Below, one piece after another: positions 41,412 through 51,068 of a stretch of 64,000 bases of DNA; the first letter of the stretch is position 1, and every line of letters begins with the position of its first letter. The translations under genes were made by a program, and so were the position numbers. The DNA is taken from positions 1,148-65,147 of the forward strand of contig JBGVRO010000027.1 of assembly GCA_045128515.1 (NCBI GenBank), given 5' to 3'. The DNA is from Eubacteriales bacterium. GTDB lineage: Bacteria > Bacillota > Clostridia > Oscillospirales > CAG-272. Below the pieces are notes generated by a model that worked only from the letters and a program-made list of their open reading frames with translations, did not search any database and was not told the origin of the DNA.

Positions 41412-43286
41412 ATGGAGCTTAAAACCAGAGTTGCCGTTATCGGTGCAGGTCACGCCGGCATTGAGGCTGCCCTCGCATCTGCGAGAATGGGAATAGATAC
41501 GATATTGTTTACTACCAACCTTGATGCTGTTGGTAATATGCCCTGCAATCCCTCTATCGGTGGTAGCGCAAAGGGACATCTTGTATTCGAAATCGATGCT
41601 CTCGGTGGCGAGATGGGATATGCGGCAGATCTTGCTACAATTCAGTCGCGTACGCTTAATCTTGGTAAGGGAGCTGCCGTTCACTCAAAGCGAGTACAGG
41701 CAGACAGAGCCGAATATAAAAAGGTAATGAAGCGCACCCTTGAATCCGAAAAGAATCTCCGCCTTATTCAGGCAGAGATCGTTGATATTCTTACCGAGGA
41801 GATAAACGGTAAAGCACAGGTTACGGGTGTTGTTACCGCACTTGGCGAGATATGGGAGGCGAGCCGTGTAATTATTGCAACGGGTACATTCCTTGACTCT
41901 AAAATTTTTGTTGGAGATAAGGTATTCTCTGCAGGTCCTGACGGACTTATGCCTGCGGTTGGTCTTTCTGCATCGCTTTCCCGACTTGGACTTACTCTCC
42001 AGCGCTTTAAGACAGGTACACCTGCAAGAGTGCATTTAAGATCGGTCGACGTTGACTCTCTTGAAATGCAGCACGGTGAGGAAGAGCCCATTCCTTACTC
42101 GGTGAGAACGGTTAAAAAGCCTGTATGTGAGGTAAATCTTCGTCCCTGCCATATCGTATATACTAATGCCGATACCCATAGCATAATCCGTTCCAATCTT
42201 GACCGAAGCGCCATGTATTCGGGTAATATAACCGGAGAGGGACCGAGATACTGTCCTTCTATTGAAACCAAGCTTGTTCGCTTTGCCGACAAGGAAAGAC
42301 ATCAGCTTTTCGTCGAGCCCTGCGGTCTTGATACCGACGAGCTTTATATTCAGGGCTTCTCCACCTCTATGCCCACCGACGTGCAGTATCAGATGCTTCA
42401 TAGCCTTTCGGGCTTTGATAAGGCGGAGATCATGCGTTATGCTTATGCTATAGAGTATGACTGCGCAGATCCCACAGAGATGTATCCTACTCTCGAGTTT
42501 AAGGCGGTAGGCGGTCTTTACGGAGCAGGTCAGTTTAACGGCACGTCGGGATATGAGGAAGCCGCGGCACAGGGACTTGTGGCTGGAATCAATGCCGCTC
42601 TTGCTGAAAAGGGTGATGAACCTATGATACTTACTCGCTCGTCCTCTTATATCGGTACGTTGATCGACGATCTTGTGACAAAGGGCGCTGCCGAGCCTTA
42701 TCGAATGATGACCTCGCGTAGCGAATACAGACTTCTTCTCCGTCAGGATAATGCTGACGAGAGATTGACTCCTATCGGATACAGAGTAGGACTTATCGGT
42801 GAGGAGAGATATTCTGCTTTTCTTGAAAAAAAGAAGGCCATTGAGGACGAGATAAAACGCCTTGAAAAAACCGTTGTTCCCCCGTCAGAGAGAAATAACG
42901 AGATTCTTCGCAGTCTTTCATCTGCTGAGATAACAACAGGTATTAAGCTTGCAGAGCTGCTTCGCCGTCCCGAGCTTTCATATAAGGCACTTTTAGAAAT
43001 GGATCCTGAAAGACCCAATCTTCCTTCTGCAGTAGTCAGAACTGCCGAGATACAGGTTAAGTATCAGGGATATATCAAGCGCGAGATCTCCGAGGTAGAA
43101 AGACAGAAAAAATTAGAGGATAAAAAGCTTCCTATTAATATAGAATATAAAGAGATACTTGGTCTGCGACTTGAGGCAGCTGAAAAGCTTGACAGAATTC
43201 GCCCTATGAATATCGGTCAGGCATCGCGTATCAGCGGAGTCAATCCTGCAGACATAAGTGTGCTGCTTATATATCTAAATAAGTAA
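41412..43286 (+). CDS. mnmG: tRNA U34 modification enzyme MnmG/GidA
   Basis: IGAGHAG, MPCNPSIGG, RFKTGTP, GPRYCPSIE and AGQFNGTSGYEEAAAQG motifs; ATG 41412. Confidence 0.98.
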   Translation: MELKTRVAVIGAGHAGIEAALASARMGIDTILFTTNLDAVGNMPCNPSIGGSAKGHLVFEIDALGGEMGYAADLATIQSRTLNLGKGAAVHSKRVQADRAEYKKVMKRTLESEKNLRLIQAEIVDILTEEINGKAQVTGVVTALGEIWEASRVIIATGTFLDSKIFVGDKVFSAGPDGLMPAVGLSASLSRLGLTLQRFKTGTPARVHLRSVDVDSLEMQHGEEEPIPYSVRTVKKPVCEVNLRPCHIVYTNADTHSIIRSNLDRSAMYSGNITGEGPRYCPSIETKLVRFADKERHQLFVEPCGLDTDELYIQGFSTSMPTDVQYQMLHSLSGFDKAEIMRYAYAIEYDCADPTEMYPTLEFKAVGGLYGAGQFNGTSGYEEAAAQGLVAGINAALAEKGDEPMILTRSSSYIGTLIDDLVTKGAAEPYRMMTSRSEYRLLLRQDNADERLTPIGYRVGLIGEERYSAFLEKKKAIEDEIKRLEKTVVPPSERNNEILRSLSSAEITTGIKLAELLRRPELSYKALLEMDPERPNLPSAVVRTAEIQVKYQGYIKREISEVERQKKLEDKKLPINIEYKEILGLRLEAAEKLDRIRPMNIGQASRISGVNPADISVLLIYLNK

Positions 43287-43296
43287 AGGTAGAAAA

Positions 43297-44001
43297 ATGA
43301 ACGAACAGCATTCACGCACCGAGATGCTTATTGGCACAGAGGGTGTTGAAAAATTACAGAATTCACGGGTCATTATCTTCGGCGTTGGCGGTGTGGGTGG
43401 CTATGCTGCCGAGGCGCTTGCGAGAGCAGGGGTAGGCTACATTGAGCTTGTTGACTCCGACCGTGTGGCACTGTCAAATATTAACAGACAGATTATTGCC
43501 ACCCATAGCACTGTTGGTATGTATAAGACCGAGGCTATGCGCGATCGCATTGCTACCATTAACCCCGAGTGTCAGGTGGTTTGCCACAGCATTTTCTTTG
43601 ATAATGACACAAAATGTCAATTTGACTTTACAAAATACGACTATATCATAGATGCAATCGATTCGCTCGGTGCAAAAATTGAGCTTATTGCATCTGCCTA
43701 TGAGGTAGGTACACCGATTATTTCGGCTATGGGTGCAGGCAATAAGCTTGATCCCACACTGTTTGAGGTGTCGGATATTTCCAAGACCACCGTTTGTCCT
43801 CTTGCACGCGCAGTAAGGATTGCTCTGCGTAAAAGGGGTATCAATCATCTCAAGGTGGTTTACTCGAAGGAAGAGCCTGTTGTTCCCCCTGAGGTGAGTG
43901 ACGGTGAAAGACGTCGCGTTCCTGCAAGCATCTCCTTTGTTCCTTCTGTAATGGGACTTATCCTCGCCGGCGAGGTTGTAAAGGATATTGCAGTTAAATA
44001 A
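43297..44001 (+). CDS. tcdA: ThiF-family tRNA threonylcarbamoyladenosine dehydratase
   Basis: GVGGVGG, SNINRQ, IDAID, MGAGNKLDP, CPLA and VYSKE motifs. Confidence 0.88.
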   Translation: MNEQHSRTEMLIGTEGVEKLQNSRVIIFGVGGVGGYAAEALARAGVGYIELVDSDRVALSNINRQIIATHSTVGMYKTEAMRDRIATINPECQVVCHSIFFDNDTKCQFDFTKYDYIIDAIDSLGAKIELIASAYEVGTPIISAMGAGNKLDPTLFEVSDISKTTVCPLARAVRIALRKRGINHLKVVYSKEEPVVPPEVSDGERRRVPASISFVPSVMGLILAGEVVKDIAVK

Positions 44002-44053
44002 TTTTTGTTCGTTAAAAAAGCCTCTCGCGGAGATTTTCCACGAGAGGCTTATA

Positions 44054-44869
44054 TTATTTTTCTATAAATTCTTCACATTCGGTTTTGTCATCCTGAGAAA
44101 TTTTTTCAACCGTTTCTTCTGCAGTTTCTTCTGCAGGAGCTTCTTTTTTATTCTTATTTTCAAGGTATTTATTAAATCTGTTGGCACAGAAGAATACTAC
44201 CACGATAAGAAGCGCGCAGAGAAGAATAAACAGTACCCAGTGCCACCAAGCGGTGAATTTATCAAAGGGAACGAGCGAGAGGCCGAAGATGATAGTTACG
44301 ACACCGATACCTCTGCCGATAACGATAGAGGGAATGAACCACTTAAGCGACATTTTAAGAGTGCCGGCTACCATAGTCAGAGCATCGTCGGGGAAGACAG
44401 GGAACATCATCATCATAGGGAAGTAAATAAGTCCCTTGTTGTTGAGAAGGTCGGATGCTTTTTCACAATCCTCCTCGCCAATGATCTTTTTGCAAAGGCT
44501 GTATCCACCGAATCTACCGAGGATATAGAGCATAAAGCTTGAGAACATAACACCCGAAAATGCCAGAATAAAGGAGATCACGGGATTCTCGTACATAGTT
44601 TTAAGGAGAATGATAAACGCCATCGAAGCTCCGGGTACGAACGAAAGCAGAGATGTAATAACTATTTGCGCCACTACAACTATTATGTAACCGTACCAGG
44701 TGTTTTTAACTGCGTCAAACAGCGCCTTGTTTATCTGAATGCCCTCATCGTAGTAGATGATTCCGCAAAGATACAAGATCACCGTGGAAATAACTGAAAT
44801 TAATACGAAAATTAAAAGTGTAGATAAAATCTTGAAAAATTTTTCGTGTTTCTTTATAAATTCTTTCAT
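44054..44869 (-). CDS. DedA/TVP38 (VTT domain) membrane protein
   Basis: Multi-TM; VPG, Y.LGRFGG and PVFPDD.L..VAG motifs. Confidence 0.8.
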   Translation of the reverse strand: MKEFIKKHEKFFKILSTLLIFVLISVISTVILYLCGIIYYDEGIQINKALFDAVKNTWYGYIIVVVAQIVITSLLSFVPGASMAFIILLKTMYENPVISFILAFSGVMFSSFMLYILGRFGGYSLCKKIIGEEDCEKASDLLNNKGLIYFPMMMMFPVFPDDALTMVAGTLKMSLKWFIPSIVIGRGIGVVTIIFGLSLVPFDKFTAWWHWVLFILLCALLIVVVFFCANRFNKYLENKNKKEAPAEETAEETVEKISQDDKTECEEFIEK

Positions 44870-45075
44870 TATGTGCCTTTCCTTTAGTTTTATTTAGTAA
44901 TCATAGCATAAAGGATGAAAAATGTCAATAAACAAAAAGTAAAGTTTTCTAAAACAACAACAGGGCATAAAATTCATATGCCGAGAGCTTTATTATCAAT
45001 ATGAATTATGGCAGAGGCACCGTTACGGACATCCGCCCTTTTTGTTTGGTTATGCATGAATGAATAACTTAAGTT

Positions 45076-45660
45076 TTATAGTAGATTTTCTATTATTTTT
45101 TTGTACTCCTCATAGCCGTAGAGAAGATTCATTGCTTCAAGTAGGGCGTTAGGGGTCATATCCTCGGGTAAATTGCACTCGCGACAGAGCTTGGCTCGGT
45201 TTTCACTTGCGCCACCGCATCCGGTGAGCTTGTCTGTGAAGAAATCGACTTTTGTTATCACTCTGCCGTCTCTCTGACCCACCTCACCGTTTGCAAAGGG
45301 GGTAAGCAGGCGTACAAGCACGTCCTTTTCCATTCCCTCTACACCGAGAGTACCGCTTTTTGATGCCTTTCTTTTGCGGCTTTCTTTACCCTCAATTTTA
45401 GGAATGAATAGATTATGGATTTTGTCGGGCGGAAGAATTGATGCAAGAAATTTGCGTATCTGCTTCCCACCACCGTCGGAGTCGGTGAGAACGATGACTC
45501 CGTTAGTCGCAATTCTGCGTAAAAGAGCCTGTTTTTCCTTATCGTTAAAGATGGAGAAACCACCCGTGGTGATTATCGTTCCGTCTATAAAGCCCGAGAG
45601 GGTGCTTTTATCATATCTGCCCTCAACGATGATTGGCAGTGATATTTTAATTTTCTCCAT
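45076..45660 (-). CDS. rnmV: Ribonuclease M5-like Toprim protein (DUF4093)
   Basis: IIVEGRYD, VIVLTDSD.GG..IR and LGVEG motifs. Confidence 0.85.
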   Translation of the reverse strand: MEKIKISLPIIVEGRYDKSTLSGFIDGTIITTGGFSIFNDKEKQALLRRIATNGVIVLTDSDGGGKQIRKFLASILPPDKIHNLFIPKIEGKESRKRKASKSGTLGVEGMEKDVLVRLLTPFANGEVGQRDGRVITKVDFFTDKLTGCGGASENRAKLCRECNLPEDMTPNALLEAMNLLYGYEEYKKIIENLL

Positions 45661-46309
45661 TTTCCTTCTCGTATTTCAGGCACAGATCGCGGAGCTGACA
45701 GCTCTCGCACATAGGAGATCTTGCGGTGCAGGTCTCCCTGCCGAACAGCACTATTCTGTGACAGAAATCACTGCCTTCCTTCAAATCTATAAGCTCGCGC
45801 AGAATACGCTCGATTTTGGTGGGATCTTTTTCCTTTTCTGGATACATTCCAAGTCTTGCGCAGATACGTATACAATGAGTGTCGCAGACGATCGCTTCCT
45901 TGCCAAACACGTCGCCAAGCAGAAGATTGGCAATTTTTCTGCCAACACCAGGCAGCTTCAGCAGGTCGTCCATATTATCGGGCAGCTCGCCGCCGAAATC
46001 GGTTATCAGCATACGGCTTGCCTCGCGGATATTGTCCGCCTTCATTCGGTAGAGTCCACAAGGCTTGATTATTCTTTCTATTTCTTCAATGTCACCGTTT
46101 GCCATATCCAACGCGGTTGAAAATCGCTTAAATAATTCTTCACATACGATATTCACTCTCGCGTCGGTGCATTGCGCCGAAAGTCTGCCCATCACAAGTA
46201 GCTTCCAAGGGTCGCCACCGTAATGCAGAGCGCACTCGGCATTGGGATATATTTCCTTAAGGCGCTCAACTATCAGTTGAAGTCGTCTTTTCTTTTCTGT
46301 TTTAGTCAT
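45647..46309 (-). CDS. nth: Endonuclease III
   Basis: LSAQCTD.RVN, HhH motif LPGVGRK.AN, DTH and Cx6Cx2Cx5C. Confidence 0.95.
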   Translation of the reverse strand: MTKTEKKRRLQLIVERLKEIYPNAECALHYGGDPWKLLVMGRLSAQCTDARVNIVCEELFKRFSTALDMANGDIEEIERIIKPCGLYRMKADNIREASRMLITDFGGELPDNMDDLLKLPGVGRKIANLLLGDVFGKEAIVCDTHCIRICARLGMYPEKEKDPTKIERILRELIDLKEGSDFCHRIVLFGRETCTARSPMCESCQLRDLCLKYEKENGEN

Positions 46310-46865
46310 TTATTGCCTCGTCAATAAGTCTTTTTGTAAGCGAAACCGACAGACCTACGACCGTGTCGTAGTCACCTTCGATTTTTTCAACGAATTTGCC
46401 GCCACCCGACTGAATACCGTAGCTTCCTGCCTTGTCCATTGGATCACCGCTGTCGATATATGCGTTTATCTCCTCATTGGTCATCTCTCTGAAGTATACC
46501 GCGGTTGTTGCTACACCGCTGTGTACTTTACCTTTGTAATGAACCGCAACGCCCGTGTGTACGTTGTGCGCCTTGCCTGAAAGAAGCCTGAGCATTTTAA
46601 AGGCGTCAGCCTTGTCGGTGGGCTTGCCGAGAGCAACACCACCGATTTCGACAAGAGTATCGGAGGAGATCACAACACAGCTATCACTAAGCTCCTCTGC
46701 AACCGCCGCACCCTTTCGTACCGCCAGAATCTCTACACCCTCACGTGGGTGAATATCGGAAGGAAGACTCTCGTCAACCTCCTTGGTTATAATCTCAAAA
46801 TCCTTTATTATTCCACCGATAAGCTCTTTTCTTCTCGGCGATTTTGATGCAAGAATATATCTCAT
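46302..46865 (-). CDS. maf: Maf-family nucleotide pyrophosphatase
   Basis: ILASKSPRR.EL, DT.V, LGKP and DKAGSYGIQ motifs. Confidence 0.95.
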   Translation of the reverse strand: MRYILASKSPRRKELIGGIIKDFEIITKEVDESLPSDIHPREGVEILAVRKGAAVAEELSDSCVVISSDTLVEIGGVALGKPTDKADAFKMLRLLSGKAHNVHTGVAVHYKGKVHSGVATTAVYFREMTNEEINAYIDSGDPMDKAGSYGIQSGGGKFVEKIEGDYDTVVGLSVSLTKRLIDEAIND

Positions 46866-46940
46866 CGTTCTTTTTCCTTTTTATAAAAAAGCGACTGCCT
46901 ATTACCGTTTCGGCATAAACAATCGCTTTATTTGTGATGT

Positions 46941-47936
46941 TTAGTTTACAAAACCAATCTTTCTTCTAACCTTAGACATAGTTTTGCGTGCATAATATGC
47001 TGCCTCGTCTGCACCATTTTTCATGATCTGTTCAAGATATGCCTTGTCAGCCATAAGCCTTGCGAACTCATCTCTTACGGGAGCAAGTCCGTCTGCACAC
47101 GCCTCGCCAACGGCAAGCTTGAAGTCACCGTAGCCGCGACCGTCGAACTCTCTTTCAATCTCCTCAAAGCTCTTGCCGGAGAATGCGCGGTATATGGTCA
47201 TAAGGTTGGAAACACCGGGCTTATCCTCGGAGTATCTTACACATGCGTCGGAGTCGGTAACAGCCTTCTTGAACTTACGCATAACGTCATCCTTGGAGTC
47301 GAGGATGTATACGACGGCATTTTGGTTTGTGTCGGACTTAGACATCTTCGATGTGGGCTCTGCAAGGGACATGATCTTTTGTGTATCTGTGGGAATAAAT
47401 CCTTCGGGAATTGTGAAGGTGGGGCCGTAGATCTGGTTGAATCTTTCGCCTATATCTCTTGCTAATTCAAGATGCTGCTTCTGGTCGATACCTACGGGAA
47501 CGATGTCAGTTTGATACAGCAGAATATCTGCTGCCATCAGCGTGGGATAGGTGAATAGACCTGCATTGATGTTCTGCGAGTGCTTCTGGCTCTTGTCCTT
47601 AAACTGTGTCATTCTGGAAAGCTCGCCAAACATGGTGTAGCAGTCAAGCATCCAACCGAGCTCTGCGTGAGCAGGAACGTGTGACTGAACAAAGAGGGTA
47701 TTCTCCTTGGGGTCAAGACCGCATGCCATATAAAGCGCAAGGGTCTCGTAGGTTCTTTTACGCAACTCTGCAGGCACCTGTCTTACCGTAATTGCGTGAA
47801 GGTCAACAACGCAGTAGAAGGTTTTATATTCCTCTGAAAAGCGCGAGAAATTCTTGATCGCGCCGAGGTAGTTTCCTATAGTAAGATTTCCCGAGGGCTG
47901 AACTCCCGAGAAAACTGTTTTCTTATCGCCGTTCAT
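46941..47936 (-). CDS. trpS: Tryptophanyl-tRNA synthetase
   Basis: SGVQPSG.LTIGNY, YPTLMAADIL, DQKQH and KMSKS motifs. Confidence 0.98.
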   Translation of the reverse strand: MNGDKKTVFSGVQPSGNLTIGNYLGAIKNFSRFSEEYKTFYCVVDLHAITVRQVPAELRKRTYETLALYMACGLDPKENTLFVQSHVPAHAELGWMLDCYTMFGELSRMTQFKDKSQKHSQNINAGLFTYPTLMAADILLYQTDIVPVGIDQKQHLELARDIGERFNQIYGPTFTIPEGFIPTDTQKIMSLAEPTSKMSKSDTNQNAVVYILDSKDDVMRKFKKAVTDSDACVRYSEDKPGVSNLMTIYRAFSGKSFEEIEREFDGRGYGDFKLAVGEACADGLAPVRDEFARLMADKAYLEQIMKNGADEAAYYARKTMSKVRRKIGFVN

Positions 47937-47986
47937 TATCTAATTATCCTTTCAAAACGGATTTTCATTTAATTTCCTATTAGAAA

Positions 47987-48015
47987 ATTATACAATGATA
48001 TAACAGTTTTGTCAA
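47987..48015 (-). promoter_or_regulatory. trpS promoter
   Basis: Perfect TTGACA-17bp-TATAAT on the minus strand. Confidence 0.75.
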
Positions 48016-48134
48016 GTAAAAATTAGATTTTAGCTAAAGTTTCAGGACATTTACAATAAAAAAATGCGATTTTAGTTAAAAATAACGAATAATTGTTAAT
48101 AAAATAAAAAAATATAAAAAAATTAAAAAAACAA

Positions 48135-48163
48135 TTGCATTTTTCAGTATTGTGTGATATAAT
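48135..48163 (+). promoter_or_regulatory. Promoter of the large lipoprotein gene
   Basis: TTGCAT-17bp-TATAAT with extended TG. Confidence 0.6.
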
Positions 48164-48269
48164 AGTTCAGCGGATTATACATTGGACTGTAAATCCCGCA
48201 ATTTTGATCAATTTAATCGCGTCCTGCGGCGCGGAATTTGAAATATTTTTTTATACAAGGATGAAAGAC

Positions 48270-50477
48270 ATGAAAAAGAGAATTGTTGCATTAATTCTTA
48301 CTGTTGTGATGTCTCTTCTTGCTCTCGTAAGCTGTGGCAGCTTCGACTTCATTGAAGAGGATCTCACTTCCTACGCTACCTTTGATGCAGACAAGTTTAT
48401 GGAGGCTCTCCAGAAGCTTGAGATCGAGGATGGCGAATTCACTACCGACGTAGCAATCAGAGAGTTGCTCGTTGATGCAAAGATCTACAACACTATCGTT
48501 GACAAGATTATCGCTCAGACCAGCGAAGACGAGCAGGTTAAGTCCGGCGAGCTTGGCGCAGGCGATGTTCTTTACTTCGTATACTTTGCTACCTACACCA
48601 CCGAGGACGGCAAGACTCACACCTTCTTCGGCTCTGACATGAACGAGTCCACCATCACCGCTTCCTCCACCAAGGCTAATCACGTTGTAAAGCTTGATGA
48701 TTACTTTGACGAGGATGAGGAGTTCTTCAAGCTTCTTGTTGAGAACCTTCAGAAGGTTGATATCAAGGATTACGTTTACTCTATGCTTACCAAGGCTGAG
48801 ATCGAGGCTGAGGCTGAGAAGGCTCTTAAGGAGACTAAGCCTGATGCTACCGCTGATGAGATCAAGGCTGCTAAGGCTGAGGCTATTAAGGTTAAGGCAG
48901 GCGACAAGCTCTATATTTCTTACACCGTAAGCCACTCCGAGAAGAATGCAGAGGGTGTAGTTACCACCGTTAAGGAGAAGGCTTCTTACGAGCTTATTAC
49001 TCTCGATGCAGAGAATGCTTTCCATTCTCAGATTCTTAACGCTACCTCCGCTAATGTTGGTGAGACTGTTACCACTAAGGATCCTATCAAGGTTACCGTT
49101 GACGAGGTTGAGTATACTTATACCGACGTTAAGGTTCTTTGGAAGGTTGACTCCGAGGGTAAGGAAATCGCTACCTTCGAGTACACTCCTTATGAGAAGA
49201 CCGAGGGCAAGGATGACGAGAAGAAGGAAGTTACTCCCGACAGCCTTTACACCACAGGCGGTAAGATCGACCTTATCGGTAAGGCTCTTACTTACCACGT
49301 ATATCCCGTATATGCAATTGACGCTCCCGCTTACGAGGAGATCACTGCTACCGATATTCTTTACTACGTAAACGGCTCCAGCCTTGCAGACAAGTCCTAC
49401 GAGGCATTTGAGGGTGTTACCGGTCTTGAGGATCTTCTCAAGGACGTAAAGAGCATCTTCGCTACTACTGAGAAGGATAACAAGTTCTATGCTGAGGGCA
49501 CTGAGCTTGCAAAGCTTCTTAAGGCATACAACGATCTTGGCGGTGCTAACCCCACTACCGAGCAGAAGACTGCTAATACCGAGGCTAAGAAAGCTCTTAC
49601 CGACGGTCAGAATGCTGAGCTTAAGAAGGTATGCGAGAAGATCGCTGCTCTTAACGATGGCAAGCTTGGAACTGCAGTTCTTGAGGAGTATGAGAAGAAC
49701 ACCCTTCACTCTCTTAAGGAAGAGTATGACTCTACTATCGTTAAGAACGTAAGAAGCGCTATCCTTGACCTCATCTATGAGTCTGTTAAGGTTACCTCTT
49801 ACCCCGAGAAGCTCCTTAAGGAGTACGTAGATCACCTCTACGAGTCCTATGAGTACACCTACTACACCGGTGATTTCGATAAGACTACATCTAACGTTAA
49901 GAAGTATGCTGACTTCAACGCATACCTTGAGGCTACTCTTAAGGTAAGCGGCGAGGACAAGATCAACGAGGCTATCGAGAAGGAAGCTAAGGCTGCTATC
50001 GAGCCCATCATCAAGATCTACGTTGTTTCTAAGGCTCTTGAGGAGAAGGCAGTTGCTGCTATGGTTGGTCCTAACGGCTACATCGAGGCTGACATCACAG
50101 GCGGTGCGTACTACCTTAACGAAGAGGAGTACAGAGATTACTACGGTGACGAGGCTGATAAGAAGATCGCTGAGGCTAAGAAGAACATCGAGGAGAACAT
50201 CAAGTCTGCTCGCGAGGAGTCCGGTCTCTTCCTTATCAACGATGCATACATGAGAAAGTATAAGAAGGCAGTTGGTTCTGCATTCTACAGACAGCAGGTT
50301 GAGAGCTACGGCGAGATCAACCTTCGTACCGCTCTTCAGTTCAACAAGCTCTTCTACTACCTCACCTGCACAGAGATCGAGCTTAATGCAGAAGAGGGCC
50401 ACGCAGAGGTTAAGTACACCGCTGACGGCACTAAGATCGACTTCAGAACTGTTGACTACGTAATCGTTGAAAAGTAA
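48270..50477 (+). CDS. Large acidic lipoprotein, distantly trigger-factor-like
   Basis: Signal peptide and lipobox LALVS-C; strong high-expression codon bias; segment ILDLIYESVKVTSYPEKLLKEY resembles the trigger factor C-domain. Confidence 0.6.
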   Translation: MKKRIVALILTVVMSLLALVSCGSFDFIEEDLTSYATFDADKFMEALQKLEIEDGEFTTDVAIRELLVDAKIYNTIVDKIIAQTSEDEQVKSGELGAGDVLYFVYFATYTTEDGKTHTFFGSDMNESTITASSTKANHVVKLDDYFDEDEEFFKLLVENLQKVDIKDYVYSMLTKAEIEAEAEKALKETKPDATADEIKAAKAEAIKVKAGDKLYISYTVSHSEKNAEGVVTTVKEKASYELITLDAENAFHSQILNATSANVGETVTTKDPIKVTVDEVEYTYTDVKVLWKVDSEGKEIATFEYTPYEKTEGKDDEKKEVTPDSLYTTGGKIDLIGKALTYHVYPVYAIDAPAYEEITATDILYYVNGSSLADKSYEAFEGVTGLEDLLKDVKSIFATTEKDNKFYAEGTELAKLLKAYNDLGGANPTTEQKTANTEAKKALTDGQNAELKKVCEKIAALNDGKLGTAVLEEYEKNTLHSLKEEYDSTIVKNVRSAILDLIYESVKVTSYPEKLLKEYVDHLYESYEYTYYTGDFDKTTSNVKKYADFNAYLEATLKVSGEDKINEAIEKEAKAAIEPIIKIYVVSKALEEKAVAAMVGPNGYIEADITGGAYYLNEEEYRDYYGDEADKKIAEAKKNIEENIKSAREESGLFLINDAYMRKYKKAVGSAFYRQQVESYGEINLRTALQFNKLFYYLTCTEIELNAEEGHAEVKYTADGTKIDFRTVDYVIVEK

Positions 50478-50581
50478 TAAGACGTTTTAATTCTGACGTC
50501 CATCAGAATATTGACAATAGAGGAAACGGACGAAGTTTATTCGTCCGTTTTCTTATAAAATAACATAGGATTTTGATCAAA

Positions 50582-51016
50582 ATGAAAAAGGTTGAAATTT
50601 ATACAGACGGTGCTTGTCGCGGAAATCCCGGCAGGGGCGGTTGGGGAGCAATTCTCGTCTACGGTGCATTTGAAAAGGAAATGTCGGGCGGAGATGCTAT
50701 GACAACCAATAACCGAATGGAGCTTACCGCTGCGATAGAGGGACTTTCGGCATTAAAGGAACCCTGCGAGGTAACTCTGTATTCCGATTCCAAATATCTT
50801 GTCGACGCTTTTCTGCTCGGTTGGGTAGAGGGCTGGCGCAAGTCGGGATGGCGACGCGGCAGAGACGAGCTTAAGAATCCCGATCTTTGGGAAAAGCTTT
50901 ATTCGCTTACCGAGATACATAAGGTAAGCTTCGTCTGGGTCAAAGGACATAACGGACACGACTATAACGAAAGATGTGACAGACTTGCTACGGCATATGC
51001 CGATTCATTTGAATAA
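50582..51016 (+). CDS. rnhA: Ribonuclease HI
   Basis: [32 protein letters not shown] and NERCD motifs. Confidence 0.97.
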   Translation: MKKVEIYTDGACRGNPGRGGWGAILVYGAFEKEMSGGDAMTTNNRMELTAAIEGLSALKEPCEVTLYSDSKYLVDAFLLGWVEGWRKSGWRRGRDELKNPDLWEKLYSLTEIHKVSFVWVKGHNGHDYNERCDRLATAYADSFE

Positions 51017-51068
51017 GCACACTCTTTCGAAATATCTCTAATAATATAATAATGAAAGGTTTTTTACC

